Of a DNA stretch of 64,000 nt, positions 1 through 8,390 are shown in pieces. The DNA lies in NCBI GenBank assembly GCA_036679605.1, contig JAZDCZ010000365.1, forward strand, positions 1-64,000, given 5' to 3'. Source of the stretch: Gemmatimonadota bacterium (lineage in GTDB: Bacteria; Gemmatimonadota; Gemmatimonadetes; Gemmatimonadales; GWC2-71-9). The first letter of the stretch is position 1; each line of letters opens with the position of its first letter. The notes under the pieces are model-generated. The model saw only the letters and a list, made by a program, of their open reading frames with translations, searched no databases and was not told where the DNA came from. The translations under genes and the position numbers were made by a program.

Positions 1-125
1 CGACACCGATCCGCTTCTCGCAAAATCCGCCGCTTGTACTCCAAGGTGAAACGCCGTCGCTTCGCCTTCGCCAATACCTCCACCTCCAGACCATGATCAG
101 AGAGAGCCACATCCTTCGTGTCCAT
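1..125 (-). CDS. IS3-family transposase OrfA, N-terminus (runs off the window start)
   Basis: Hand translation MDTKDVALSDHGLEVEVLAKAKRRRFTLEYKRRILREADRC; the RRxFTxEYKxxIL HTH start is typical of IS3 OrfA; AAGGAG RBS at 133-138 (minus). Not in the ORF track. Confidence 0.85.
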   Translation of the reverse strand, partial: MDTKDVALSDHGLEVEVLAKAKRRRFTLEYKRRILREADRC

Positions 126-198
126 CTCCATTCTCCTTCATCGCCCTGCTCACTAAACTAACAGTAGAAAGGTGTCTCACTCATATTGGCAGAGAGGG
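1..198 (-). mobile_element. Left end of an IS3-family insertion sequence
   Basis: Transposase start plus terminal-repeat-like sequence CCCTCTCTGCCAATATGAGTGAGACACC (minus, 198-171); the adjacent ORF is cut at this point. Confidence 0.7.
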
Positions 199-347
199 TC
201 GCCCCGAACCGAGTTGCTAGTCACTAGCAAGTGCTCTGCGCCAAAGAAAGAACCCACTATAGCATGTGTAGATTCGTGCAAGGCATATGAACTACCGAAT
301 ATTATGGAGGCGATAGCAATGACAGTTAGTGTGTTATATGGCTTCAA
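199..347 (-). pseudogene. 5' fragment of an M50-like HExxH membrane metalloprotease, interrupted by the IS
   Basis: TTG start, hydrophobic helix, then ALHESTHAIVGSFFGA; AT-rich; the frame runs into the IS end. Confidence 0.55.
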
Positions 348-366
348 TGCTAACGTTTCACCTTTC

Positions 367-453
367 CTACTCCATGACACCTTCGCCGAGGCGGCGTTCG
401 ATCTTGTAGCGGTCGGCGAGGGCAGACTTGAGGCGATCGAACATGTCGAGCAT
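367..453 (-). pseudogene. Ser/Thr kinase N-terminal stub 1 (28 aa)
   Basis: MLDMFDRLKSALADRYKIERRLGEGVME* matches the start of the kinase at 11339 (MSDIFDRLKAALADRYSIEKEVGAGGM). Confidence 0.85.
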
Positions 454-521
454 GTAGAAAGAAAAGATGGGGTGTTTCTCGATTGTACGCGAGTCCGAAG
501 GCCACCTGTCACTAGACCAAG

Positions 522-622
522 GCTCGAATCAGGAGGTCGTACGGAGGTCCGCGACCCTTTCCGGATCTGTAGCAACCAGCGTCTCAACGACTTAGCAAAT
601 CGCTATTGAGGGCTGTTAATCC
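522..622 (+). repeat. att-like repeat R1
   Basis: GCTCGAATCAGGAGGTCGTACGGAGGTCCGCGACCCTTTCCGGATCTGTAGCAACCAGCGTCTCAACGACTTAGCAAATCGCTATTGAGGGCTGTTAATCC; a T-arm-like piece TCGGGTCGGGGGTT follows at 662-675. Confidence 0.9.
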
Positions 623-809
623 TAGGGTCTGCACGACGAGTGAGCGGAAGGATCCCACACATCGGGTCGGGGGTTGGAACTCCGCGCTTTGGATTGTGGG
701 GCTCTTATCGACAGACGCTCATCGGCATTTCATTCACTGCACGTCGTGACCTTGGGCTTGTGCGTCAAGTCCTTGAATAGCCGTTCGTTACCAACAACTG
801 CACCACCCA

Positions 810-1313
810 CTAACCGCCTTCCTTCATAAGGCCTTCGAGTCGTCCGAGGGTTCGGACAACACTCTCTAGTTCTCGCTTCAAGCCAGTCATTGCTTCGTCC
901 AGTCGGGCCAGACGGACCGCCAGTTCTTCCCGCGTCACCCCACCGGTAGCATACTCGACGATGTGCAACCCCTCCCCCGCTTGCATCCTCCCGAGCAGCG
1001 AGACCTGCTGCCCCTCTATCACAGTGATTCCCTGCTTGACTTCCGTAACCGCCCCGTCGGCCTCTAAGCGAACGTCGTACACGCCAGGCGTCACACTCCA
1101 AGTCAGGCCGTTGTTGATTGTCGTCTCGCTTTGCTGGACGATGGTGCCGTCCCGGAGCACTGTGACCATGATCGGTGTCCCCGCGAGAGCGTCGTAAGAG
1201 TCTCCCCCGGCGCCGAGGCGGATGTACACTTTGCCCTGCTGGGCAATTACAGGAACGGGATGCAAAAGTACAAGGCATACAACGAGCCCGGTGATAGTAC
1301 GAATCGGTGTCAT
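810..1313 (-). CDS. Secreted hypothetical protein (beta-sandwich/PEGA-like region plus C-terminal coiled coil)
   Basis: Signal peptide (LVVCLVLLHPVPVIA-QQ), PGVYDVRLE motif, heptad tail; GGAG RBS. Confidence 0.7.
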   Translation of the reverse strand: MTPIRTITGLVVCLVLLHPVPVIAQQGKVYIRLGAGGDSYDALAGTPIMVTVLRDGTIVQQSETTINNGLTWSVTPGVYDVRLEADGAVTEVKQGITVIEGQQVSLLGRMQAGEGLHIVEYATGGVTREELAVRLARLDEAMTGLKRELESVVRTLGRLEGLMKEGG

Positions 1314-1437
1314 GTCGCCCTCCAGGGAAAGGATTAGAGGATTGCTGTTCTTGGTTGTCCACCTTCGCCCCCAACTCCTACTCCCTCAAGCGTTCCTGCA
1401 ACAATCCCCACAACTTCAAGTATACGCTCCACGGCTC

Positions 1438-1573
1438 TTAACCCATAGCTGACCTTGCCCGCAGTCGTCCCACCAGTACCTTTTGCTCAGCCCTCATTCT
1501 CGACCGGCCAGAATCCGAGGAGAAGTACCTATGGATGATTGGTCCTTCTGTCCCAAGTGCGGCACCAAGTTCG
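1438..1573 (+). repeat. Duplicated promoter/5' block A (copy of 15479-15613)
   Basis: Near-identical from TTAACCCATAGCTGACC through GAGGAG RBS and codons MDDWSFCPKCGTKF. Confidence 0.95.
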
Positions 1574-4533
1574 ATCCCGAGGCTAAGCAGTGCTCCAATT
1601 GCGGCGCAGCAACGCCCAGCGCCACTACAGTTGCGTCGGGAGACATACCCTCTGCCACTGACAGCGACCTTGAGGCGCTAGAGAGCGAACTCCGCGAGGC
1701 GCTTGCGCCGGGCCTGCAATTGATCAACCGCTTGGGCCAAGGCGGCATGGGCACGGTGTTCCTGGCTCGTGATCCCGCACTCAAGCGGAACGTAGTGGTG
1801 AAGGTCTTGTCTCCCGAATTGGCCCACGATCCCACCGCTCGGGCTCGGTTTGCGCGGGAAGCCGAGTCAGCCGCAGCGGTGTCACATCCCAACGTGATCA
1901 ACGTGTATTCAGTGGGAGAGTTACCTCGGTCTGGTACCAGCTACTTCGTGATGCAGCATGTAGATGGACCGACGCTCGCTGAAGAGTTTCCAGAGGGAAC
2001 GGCCGTTCCCGAGACACAGGCCAAGAAGGTCATTGGTGAGGTGGCCTCGGCGTTAGCAGCGGCACATGCACGCGGCCTGGTACACAGAGACATCAAGCCG
2101 AACAACATCATGATCGAGCGCGATAGTGGCCGTGCTATCGTGCTCGACTTCGGCATTAGTGCGGCGATTACGCCTGAAGTTGGAGCGACGAGCACGAAGC
2201 TGACTGTGCAGGGCACGTCAATTGGTACTCCTCAGTACATGAGTCCGGAGCAGGCTGCTGGAGAAGAGGTCACTGGAGCAAGCGATGTTTACAGCCTTGG
2301 TCTCGTAGCATTTGAGTTGGTTGCTGGACGGCCTCCCTTTGATGAATCGAATGCAATCGCGCTTGTCGCGGCTCACATCAACAAGGAGCCGGCGGGCGTG
2401 TCGACTCTCCGGCCCGAATTGGATGCGCAGCTGGCTCGTCTCATCGATCAATGTCTCTCAAAGTCACCGCAAGAGCGTCCTACGACAGACGAACTGTCAC
2501 GTGCGTTGACGCCACCGACCCATGCGACCATCGAGTGGCCACCCCCAGGTCTCGAGAAACTGCGTATCAAGAGCGCGAAGTTCCTTGCAGCACTCTGGAT
2601 GACCGTGATTGTAGTGCTGGCCATCTCCACGCTAACCGCCCTTCAACCCATTTCGCTCTCACCGCAGTGGTACGGTGAAGAGGATCAGTTCTTCTGGAGA
2701 ATAGTCTCGGCCATTGGTGCATTCTCGACAACCGATGCCTCCGGAGTGATAGGACAGCTGTGGTTGATCTCGCTGTGGTCGAGCTGGCTCCTACTCGTGG
2801 CGATGGCAGCCGCTCTCTTGTTGAGAGGATCTGCATTCACTCGCTCGCTGACATGGTCGAGAAAGTCGGGATACTCATGGGCCGTGCTTGCAGATCTGGT
2901 AATTGACACTGGGGAAGACACCGAAGGCGTTCTGAATCGCTCTGGCCTGTTTGCCTCTCTTTCAACCGGCGAGGCGGACCGCTTCATCAAGCTTCGGCGC
3001 TGGGCTGGTTTCTCTAAATTGTTGGGACTGGGATTGGGGTTTCTAGCGCCTGCGCTGTGGCTTCTGGGATACATCGGCGGTTTGATGCCGCATGGGACGC
3101 GCATACTGCCATTGGTAGAGGCCGCGCTCGTGCTTGGGCCAACCCTCCTCATGCTGGCCTTGTCGGTCGCCCTGCGAACTCCCGAGCGGCTCCATCACCG
3201 GCGAATCGGCTCTCGCAGAAAGAAGGGCAAGTCTTTGGTCAGAAGGGAGCTAGTGGACACGTGGCTGGCATCTGTGGGGCGGCCACCACGTACGCGAGTA
3301 TCGGGATTAGCAACCTTCTTGACTGCGCCTATACCGTCGTTGTTGGCATCATCGGTCACTTTCTTGCTGCTGGTTCTCATTGTGGTTGGTTTGGCAGTCG
3401 CCGCCGTCCAGCAGAGTGGCCTTGGGGAGAACCGGAGTGTTGCTCAACAATGGCTCCGAATGCGCCGCGGGCAAATGCCGTGGTACCGGCTCGACTCGGC
3501 TGTACAGGCTGCAGCGCTGCCGGTAGGTGTGAATGATTCAGCTGCGTTTGTGACTATGACCACGGTTGCGTTGAGTGGGGTGCTGCGTGTGGACCCTCAG
3601 GGTAACAGAAAAGATGAGCGTGATCGAATCTGGGCGGTCGATGCCCGAACACAGGTGGCTCAGGAGGACAGGAAGTTGGTTGCCGATCCCGTTCTTGCAT
3701 CACTCTGGAAGAATGGACTGCGCGACATTCCGGACACGATGATGGCGTTGCTGGAACACGACACGACAACCCAGTGGTTGGAGCTCTTTCGCAGAGCCGC
3801 GCGGTCGACGGTACCGTCCCTGTGGCAATTGCGTGACGGATTTCCCGGCGGAACGGCGGGTGCTTGGTTGGTGCCTGCGACCGAAGCCAGAGGTTACAGG
3901 ACGGGGGTATACGACCTCGCGACGCGAAACGAAGAGGCTGCCCTGCTGCAACTCGCAGCAAGGGATTGGAAGACGGCCGAACTCAGAGCTAGGGAAATCA
4001 TATCTGTGGGCCGCCACTTCTTGATCGAGCCTCTGGAGTGGATGAGCTGGATCGGTGCGCGCTTGATTGTCCGCGGTGCCCGAGTGTTGTCTCGAGTCGG
4101 AGAGGCAAGCACTAATGCCACAATGGTCGCCGAGGGCGCTCGACTGGAGGAGCTGTTCGATACCGATGACGATGTTCGAGGACGAGGTCGTTGGTCGGGC
4201 ATGTGGGTTGGTGAAGGGTTTCTCGCTTCCCGAGCGGTCGGGCGGCTGCTAATGGTTGACCCGGTAGATCCTCCGGGACTTGCCGCAATCGCTGACCGCA
4301 GGTTAGCACCGTTCGTTCGCTGGGAACTCGTCCGGCTCAGCCTGATGGCGCACTGTGCCAACCCAAGGGAATACCGCTTCGGGATCGATCCACTCCGCCT
4401 CACAGTGCTTGACAGTGCAGTGGTCCTGGCGGCAGATATTCCCCGCGTGGCGGAGTTGGGAGAGATGCTTCATCGAGAGTACGAGCGAATCCTGGCGATG
4501 CCGTTCTTGGAGAGGTTCTCGGAGTTTTGCTAA
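1531..4533 (+). CDS. Ser/Thr protein kinase K1: zinc ribbon, Hanks kinase, multi-TM region, C-terminal domain
   Basis: CPKC..CSNC; GQGGMG, VVVK, HRDIKPNN, DFG, GTPQYMSPE; several hydrophobic helices; RBS GAGGAG supports ATG 1531. Confidence 0.93.
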   Translation: MDDWSFCPKCGTKFDPEAKQCSNCGAATPSATTVASGDIPSATDSDLEALESELREALAPGLQLINRLGQGGMGTVFLARDPALKRNVVVKVLSPELAHDPTARARFAREAESAAAVSHPNVINVYSVGELPRSGTSYFVMQHVDGPTLAEEFPEGTAVPETQAKKVIGEVASALAAAHARGLVHRDIKPNNIMIERDSGRAIVLDFGISAAITPEVGATSTKLTVQGTSIGTPQYMSPEQAAGEEVTGASDVYSLGLVAFELVAGRPPFDESNAIALVAAHINKEPAGVSTLRPELDAQLARLIDQCLSKSPQERPTTDELSRALTPPTHATIEWPPPGLEKLRIKSAKFLAALWMTVIVVLAISTLTALQPISLSPQWYGEEDQFFWRIVSAIGAFSTTDASGVIGQLWLISLWSSWLLLVAMAAALLLRGSAFTRSLTWSRKSGYSWAVLADLVIDTGEDTEGVLNRSGLFASLSTGEADRFIKLRRWAGFSKLLGLGLGFLAPALWLLGYIGGLMPHGTRILPLVEAALVLGPTLLMLALSVALRTPERLHHRRIGSRRKKGKSLVRRELVDTWLASVGRPPRTRVSGLATFLTAPIPSLLASSVTFLLLVLIVVGLAVAAVQQSGLGENRSVAQQWLRMRRGQMPWYRLDSAVQAAALPVGVNDSAAFVTMTTVALSGVLRVDPQGNRKDERDRIWAVDARTQVAQEDRKLVADPVLASLWKNGLRDIPDTMMALLEHDTTTQWLELFRRAARSTVPSLWQLRDGFPGGTAGAWLVPATEARGYRTGVYDLATRNEEAALLQLAARDWKTAELRAREIISVGRHFLIEPLEWMSWIGARLIVRGARVLSRVGEASTNATMVAEGARLEELFDTDDDVRGRGRWSGMWVGEGFLASRAVGRLLMVDPVDPPGLAAIADRRLAPFVRWELVRLSLMAHCANPREYRFGIDPLRLTVLDSAVVLAADIPRVAELGEMLHREYERILAMPFLERFSEFC

Positions 4534-4600
4534 ACAATAAGAGCCAATGATGGAACCCATTGTCGATCGAGCCGACTTTCCCGCGAGTTATGAGTGTGCG

Positions 4601-4683
4601 CGTGCGATCTCGGACGACATGCTGTGGTACCGGGAGGCGTCTGAAGAGACTATCCAGATCGTTGATGAGAACAAGTAGAGTCT
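4601..4683 (+). repeat. Orphan copy of the 3' end of kinase K4 (17758-17840)
   Basis: 83-bp ungapped alignment with 9 mismatches (counted by hand), including the stop codon. Confidence 0.92.
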
Positions 4684-4754
4684 AGGGAAGGCGTCTCGAC
4701 TCACTCTCCCTCAAGTCAACGCAACCTATCCTTTAAGCTCTGGAAGTGATCGCG

Positions 4755-5939
4755 ATGAAATTTCTACAATTGTCCATGGTGTTCCTGCTAACTCTGTGGG
4801 GCGTTCCGAGCTACGCACTCAGCCAGAATTCCACAGACGAGCTAATCAAGATTATCGAGGGCGTACAACACCCCGATAGGCAAGGACTTGATTCATATAC
4901 CCTCAATGAGCTGATGGATCGATTTGGGGTTCCTGGCGTCAGTATCGCAGTCATCAAGGACTTCAAAATTCACTGGGCGAAAGGGTATGGTATTGCCGAC
5001 GTGGAGACAGGTGCAAGAGTCGATACCGAGACATTATTTCAGGCCGCATCCATCAGCAAGCCTGTCAATGCGATGGCTGTGTTAAGAGCTGCCCAAGACG
5101 GCAAATTCTCTATGGATGACGATATCAACACCATTCTGAAATCGTGGAAATTGCCCGACAGCCCATTCACGAAAAATCAGTCTGTATCCCCCCGCATGCT
5201 GGCCAGCCATACTTCCGGCTTAGGCGATGGATTTGGTTTCCCGGGTTATGATCCGTCCGATCCTCGCCCAACAACGATCCAGATCCTCAATAACGATAAA
5301 CCTTCGAATGTCGGGCCGGTGTTGCTCGCAAGACCTCCTATGACCGCATTCCATTACTCAGGGGGCGGCGTGACGATTTTGCAGCTGGCACTGACCGATG
5401 TGATCGGCAGACCCTATCCAGAGATTCTTCAGGAATATGTATTGGGACCGGTTGGCATGACGCAAAGTACATTCGAGCAACCACTGTCTCCTGAACGTGA
5501 TAAGAATGCGGCTCGGGCTCACGGCGGCGGCGGCGAGGCAGGGGATGTAAAATGGCATGTCTACCCCGAACTTGCTGCCGCAGGATTATGGACCACGCCT
5601 ACGGATCTAGCAAAATTTGCGATTGAAGTGCAGAAGTCCCTACGAGGTGAAGCGAATAACGTGCTTTCACCGACGATGATCAAAGAGATGTTGAGCCCGG
5701 TCGGTGTCGGCGATTATGCCGTCGGCTTCTCAGTCACTAAGGAAGGTCAGGGATGGTACTTCGGCCATGGCGGCGGTAACTGGGGTTTCAGGTGTCTACT
5801 GGCAGCACACAAAGTAAAAGGCTACGGATTCGCTATTATGACGAACGCTCAAAACGGTGGCAACATAACGAATGAACTGAAGCGGCGTATTGAGCGAGCG
5901 TATGGCTATGATTCACTGGACAAGCCCGTCCGACGTTAG
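4755..5939 (+). CDS. Secreted serine hydrolase, beta-lactamase class C/AmpC-like family
   Basis: Signal peptide; FQAASISK (SxxK), FHYSGGG, FGHGGG. Confidence 0.9.
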   Translation: MKFLQLSMVFLLTLWGVPSYALSQNSTDELIKIIEGVQHPDRQGLDSYTLNELMDRFGVPGVSIAVIKDFKIHWAKGYGIADVETGARVDTETLFQAASISKPVNAMAVLRAAQDGKFSMDDDINTILKSWKLPDSPFTKNQSVSPRMLASHTSGLGDGFGFPGYDPSDPRPTTIQILNNDKPSNVGPVLLARPPMTAFHYSGGGVTILQLALTDVIGRPYPEILQEYVLGPVGMTQSTFEQPLSPERDKNAARAHGGGGEAGDVKWHVYPELAAAGLWTTPTDLAKFAIEVQKSLRGEANNVLSPTMIKEMLSPVGVGDYAVGFSVTKEGQGWYFGHGGGNWGFRCLLAAHKVKGYGFAIMTNAQNGGNITNELKRRIERAYGYDSLDKPVRR

Positions 5940-5971
5940 CCGTGCCGGGCTCTCGATGCCACAAAGCGGTA

Positions 5972-6086
5972 GTTCTTATCAGGAGGTCGTAAGGAGGTCC
6001 GCGACTCTTGCGGTGTCTGTAGCAACCAGCGTATCAACGACTTAGCAAGTCGCTATTGACGGCTGTTAACCGTCGGGTCGGGGGTT
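5972..6086 (+). repeat. att-like repeat R2 (most complete copy)
   Basis: GGAGGTC x2; TATCAACGACTTA (6032-6044) matches IHF consensus WATCARNNNNTTR; ends in a tRNA-like fragment. Confidence 0.9.
6058..6086 (+). pseudogene. tRNA-Asn(GTT) fragment: anticodon arm, variable loop, 5' T-stem
   Basis: GACGG-CTGTTAA-CCGTC perfect 5-bp stem with 7-nt loop, then GGGTC, then GGGGG-TT; no D-arm or acceptor stem. Confidence 0.7.
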
Positions 6087-6293
6087 GACCATCACGCGTC
6101 TTCGATCCGCTTGGCTGCGCCTGCGCGTCGAGTCCCTCCTCCGGAGTTCCGCAGAGTCCAAACGACTCCGCGTCACTCACGACGTAACTGACAGGAAACG
6201 CCATGCGGCAACCAAGGTCCGTCGCTAGGGAGACGACACCCCTCTTCACGAGAAACTTCTTAATGGTGTTAGTTGCCGGCGGCCAGCTACCGT

Positions 6294-8159
6294 TCACCCA
6301 AGCTCCGCTACAGCCCGAAGTGCCTGTTCTATGGCTGCTTGAGTGTAGGCGGAGGCAGCCGCATCGGAATTTGCGATGGTGATGTTTCCGATGGGTTGCC
6401 GCGCGATCTCATGCGGCGCCCTCCCCGGTTCCCATTCAGGGTCCCACAGCTCGAGATAATCGTAGGCGTATCCGTGCGGCCAGCGGTTGACGGTGATGGC
6501 CAGGATATCATCGGCCACATCGAAACCGCCAGGACCAAGCATACGGTCGAGCACCGTACGGACTTCGCGCTCGAAGTCCTCGAAGGTCAGGCCCAGCATG
6601 ATTCCCCTGGCCGCCCGAAGTTGATCGTGAATGGGAACGTCACGGCGCGGGGGAGCGATCGTGCCCCAGAACATGAGTGGCACCGGACCCGTGTCATTGT
6701 TGCTGGGTCGATACCCCGCCGTGTGTACCCCGTCGATCAACCAGACCTTGGCATGCATGCGGCCAGGGCAGTACGCACCCGAGATACCAAGTCGGTCGAG
6801 CGCTTCACGGCTTCGCACCAGGACATTGGTCAGCAGCATGGGATGCTTGACCTGATATCGTTGCGCCTCTTGCTGTGCCTCGGGCACTTCCGGACACAGG
6901 TGAGGAATGATCGCATGATAGCAGGCCAACACTGCGTGGTGGGCACGTACACGCACGACCGATCCATCCCGGACGTACGTCGCCGTGACCTCACCGTCGG
7001 CATTGGCGATATGCACGGCCGTGGATTCGAGACGCAGGCGAACCGGAGAGCTGGGGCGATCGAGTTGTGCATAGTCGAACCGCGCTACGGCGATGTTCTG
7101 CGAGTTGGCCGCTGGGGCAATGGCGGGAATGAGCGAGCGGACCAGCAGCCGAGCAATGGACGCGTTGCCATCGGGGAACATGGCCACGGCTTCGGATTCC
7201 TCCGAGCCCGCCACCCGATCGGCGGCGTCTCCCAGAAGATGCGATCCGGGCAACCATGCCTGCATGGCCTCGGCAGCCGAAAGGCTGTGGGTCTGCACGC
7301 CCCAGTACCCGTCCATTGCCTTGATGAACAGTTCGACGACGTCGTCGGGAAGGCCGGCGTGTACGGACAGGAACTCCGTGTAACTCGTCCCATGCAACAC
7401 GCGATCGATTTCCGACTCGTCCATCCCCTCCAGCACGGTTGCATCGGCGGCATAGAATCGCTTCAGCGCAGCACGTCCCGATTCGCTAATGGGAAACCGA
7501 TCGATGCTGTCTAGCGCGTCCAGGTTTCTGCTGTACATGGAGAATCCGGGCACCATGACATCGCGTCCGTACGTCTCGGCGTCGAACCAGATGGCCGGCT
7601 TGTCGGCGCCGTAATGGAACTCCAGCTCGCTGCTCAGGCGATGGACGTCGATACCCAGCTCTTCCAGAAACCCGAGGACGGTGTCACTGAACGAGAGGAA
7701 CTCCAGATTCATCGTCCCGCCCCACGATAGTCGCATGACACCGTCGTGATGAAACTCGTTGCGCTTGGCGTGGCCACCGAAGTCATCGTGATTGTCGAGG
7801 ATCAGGATGCGTGATTCCGACCCAAACCTCTTGCGATACTGATACGCCGCCGTCAGACCGCTGATGCCGGCGCCGACGACCACGAGGTCGTAGTGCTCGT
7901 CGAGGTCCACGGGATCGTCGAATCGGACACCCTCGCGAGCGAGGGCGTGGGCGGTTTCGAACGAACCCGGATGTGAGCCCCGCATTCCCGTCCTGGCGGG
8001 CGGGTAGTCCGCGCCTGGGGGCATCACGATGTGGCCCGGGGTCTTGCTCGAGCACCCCGAGGTAGCCATAAGGCCCAACGCGGCGAGCCCAGTGTCGTGA
8101 ATGAAGTCGCGACGGCTGATCTGTCGCTGCATGCCGAGTTCGCGATCCGATTTTCTCAC
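6294..8159 (-). CDS. Tat-exported FAD-dependent oxidoreductase, spermidine dehydrogenase SpdH-like
   Basis: SRRDFI Tat motif; YPPARTGMRGSHPGSFETAH; GAGISG; FGGHAKRNEF; NRWPHGYAY. Confidence 0.85.
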   Translation of the reverse strand: MRKSDRELGMQRQISRRDFIHDTGLAALGLMATSGCSSKTPGHIVMPPGADYPPARTGMRGSHPGSFETAHALAREGVRFDDPVDLDEHYDLVVVGAGISGLTAAYQYRKRFGSESRILILDNHDDFGGHAKRNEFHHDGVMRLSWGGTMNLEFLSFSDTVLGFLEELGIDVHRLSSELEFHYGADKPAIWFDAETYGRDVMVPGFSMYSRNLDALDSIDRFPISESGRAALKRFYAADATVLEGMDESEIDRVLHGTSYTEFLSVHAGLPDDVVELFIKAMDGYWGVQTHSLSAAEAMQAWLPGSHLLGDAADRVAGSEESEAVAMFPDGNASIARLLVRSLIPAIAPAANSQNIAVARFDYAQLDRPSSPVRLRLESTAVHIANADGEVTATYVRDGSVVRVRAHHAVLACYHAIIPHLCPEVPEAQQEAQRYQVKHPMLLTNVLVRSREALDRLGISGAYCPGRMHAKVWLIDGVHTAGYRPSNNDTGPVPLMFWGTIAPPRRDVPIHDQLRAARGIMLGLTFEDFEREVRTVLDRMLGPGGFDVADDILAITVNRWPHGYAYDYLELWDPEWEPGRAPHEIARQPIGNITIANSDAAASAYTQAAIEQALRAVAELG

Positions 8160-8266
8160 TGAGACTCCTCGTCAGGTACTGTCGCCATGCCGCCTTCGCC
8201 GAGTTCGCGCTTGATCTCGTATTTGTCAGCGAGGGCGGCTTTGAGACGGTCGACTTGATCGGTCAT
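8156..8266 (-). pseudogene. Ser/Thr kinase N-terminal stub 2 (36 aa); its stop overlaps the SpdH-like GTG start (GTGA)
   Basis: MTDQVDRLKAALADKYEIKRELGEGGMATVPDEESQ*; it and ~50 bp upstream match K3 (14186-14235). Confidence 0.9.
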
Positions 8267-8333
8267 ATGGGAATGAAAGATGTAGCCGGAACGGGATCTA
8301 GGCGAATCGGCGATCTTGATGTATGAAGCGGGA

Positions 8334-8351
8334 GCTCTGATCAGGAGGTCG
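8334..8351 (+). repeat. att-like repeat R3 (truncated)
   Basis: GCTCTGATCAGGAGGTCG at the same distance from the kinase ATG as R5. Confidence 0.7.
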
Positions 8352-8390
8352 AGGAGTGAGAGCGGGTTCGAAGAAAGGACGGGTGGAGGT

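Noticed and set aside
172..609. 145-aa plus ORF
   Set aside because: Spans the IS end, two minus-strand fragments and R1; no coherent protein.
6058..6086. Functional tRNA-Asn
   Set aside because: No D-arm or acceptor stem, and the T-loop is broken; kept only as a fragment.
6034..6297. 87-aa minus ORF running into R2
   Set aside because: No recognisable motif; its 3' part is just the repeat read through.
6273..7514. 413-aa plus-strand ORF and similar long overlapping ORFs (18827-19615, 23208-24062, 45499-46362)
   Set aside because: Antisense shadows of well-supported genes in GC-rich DNA.
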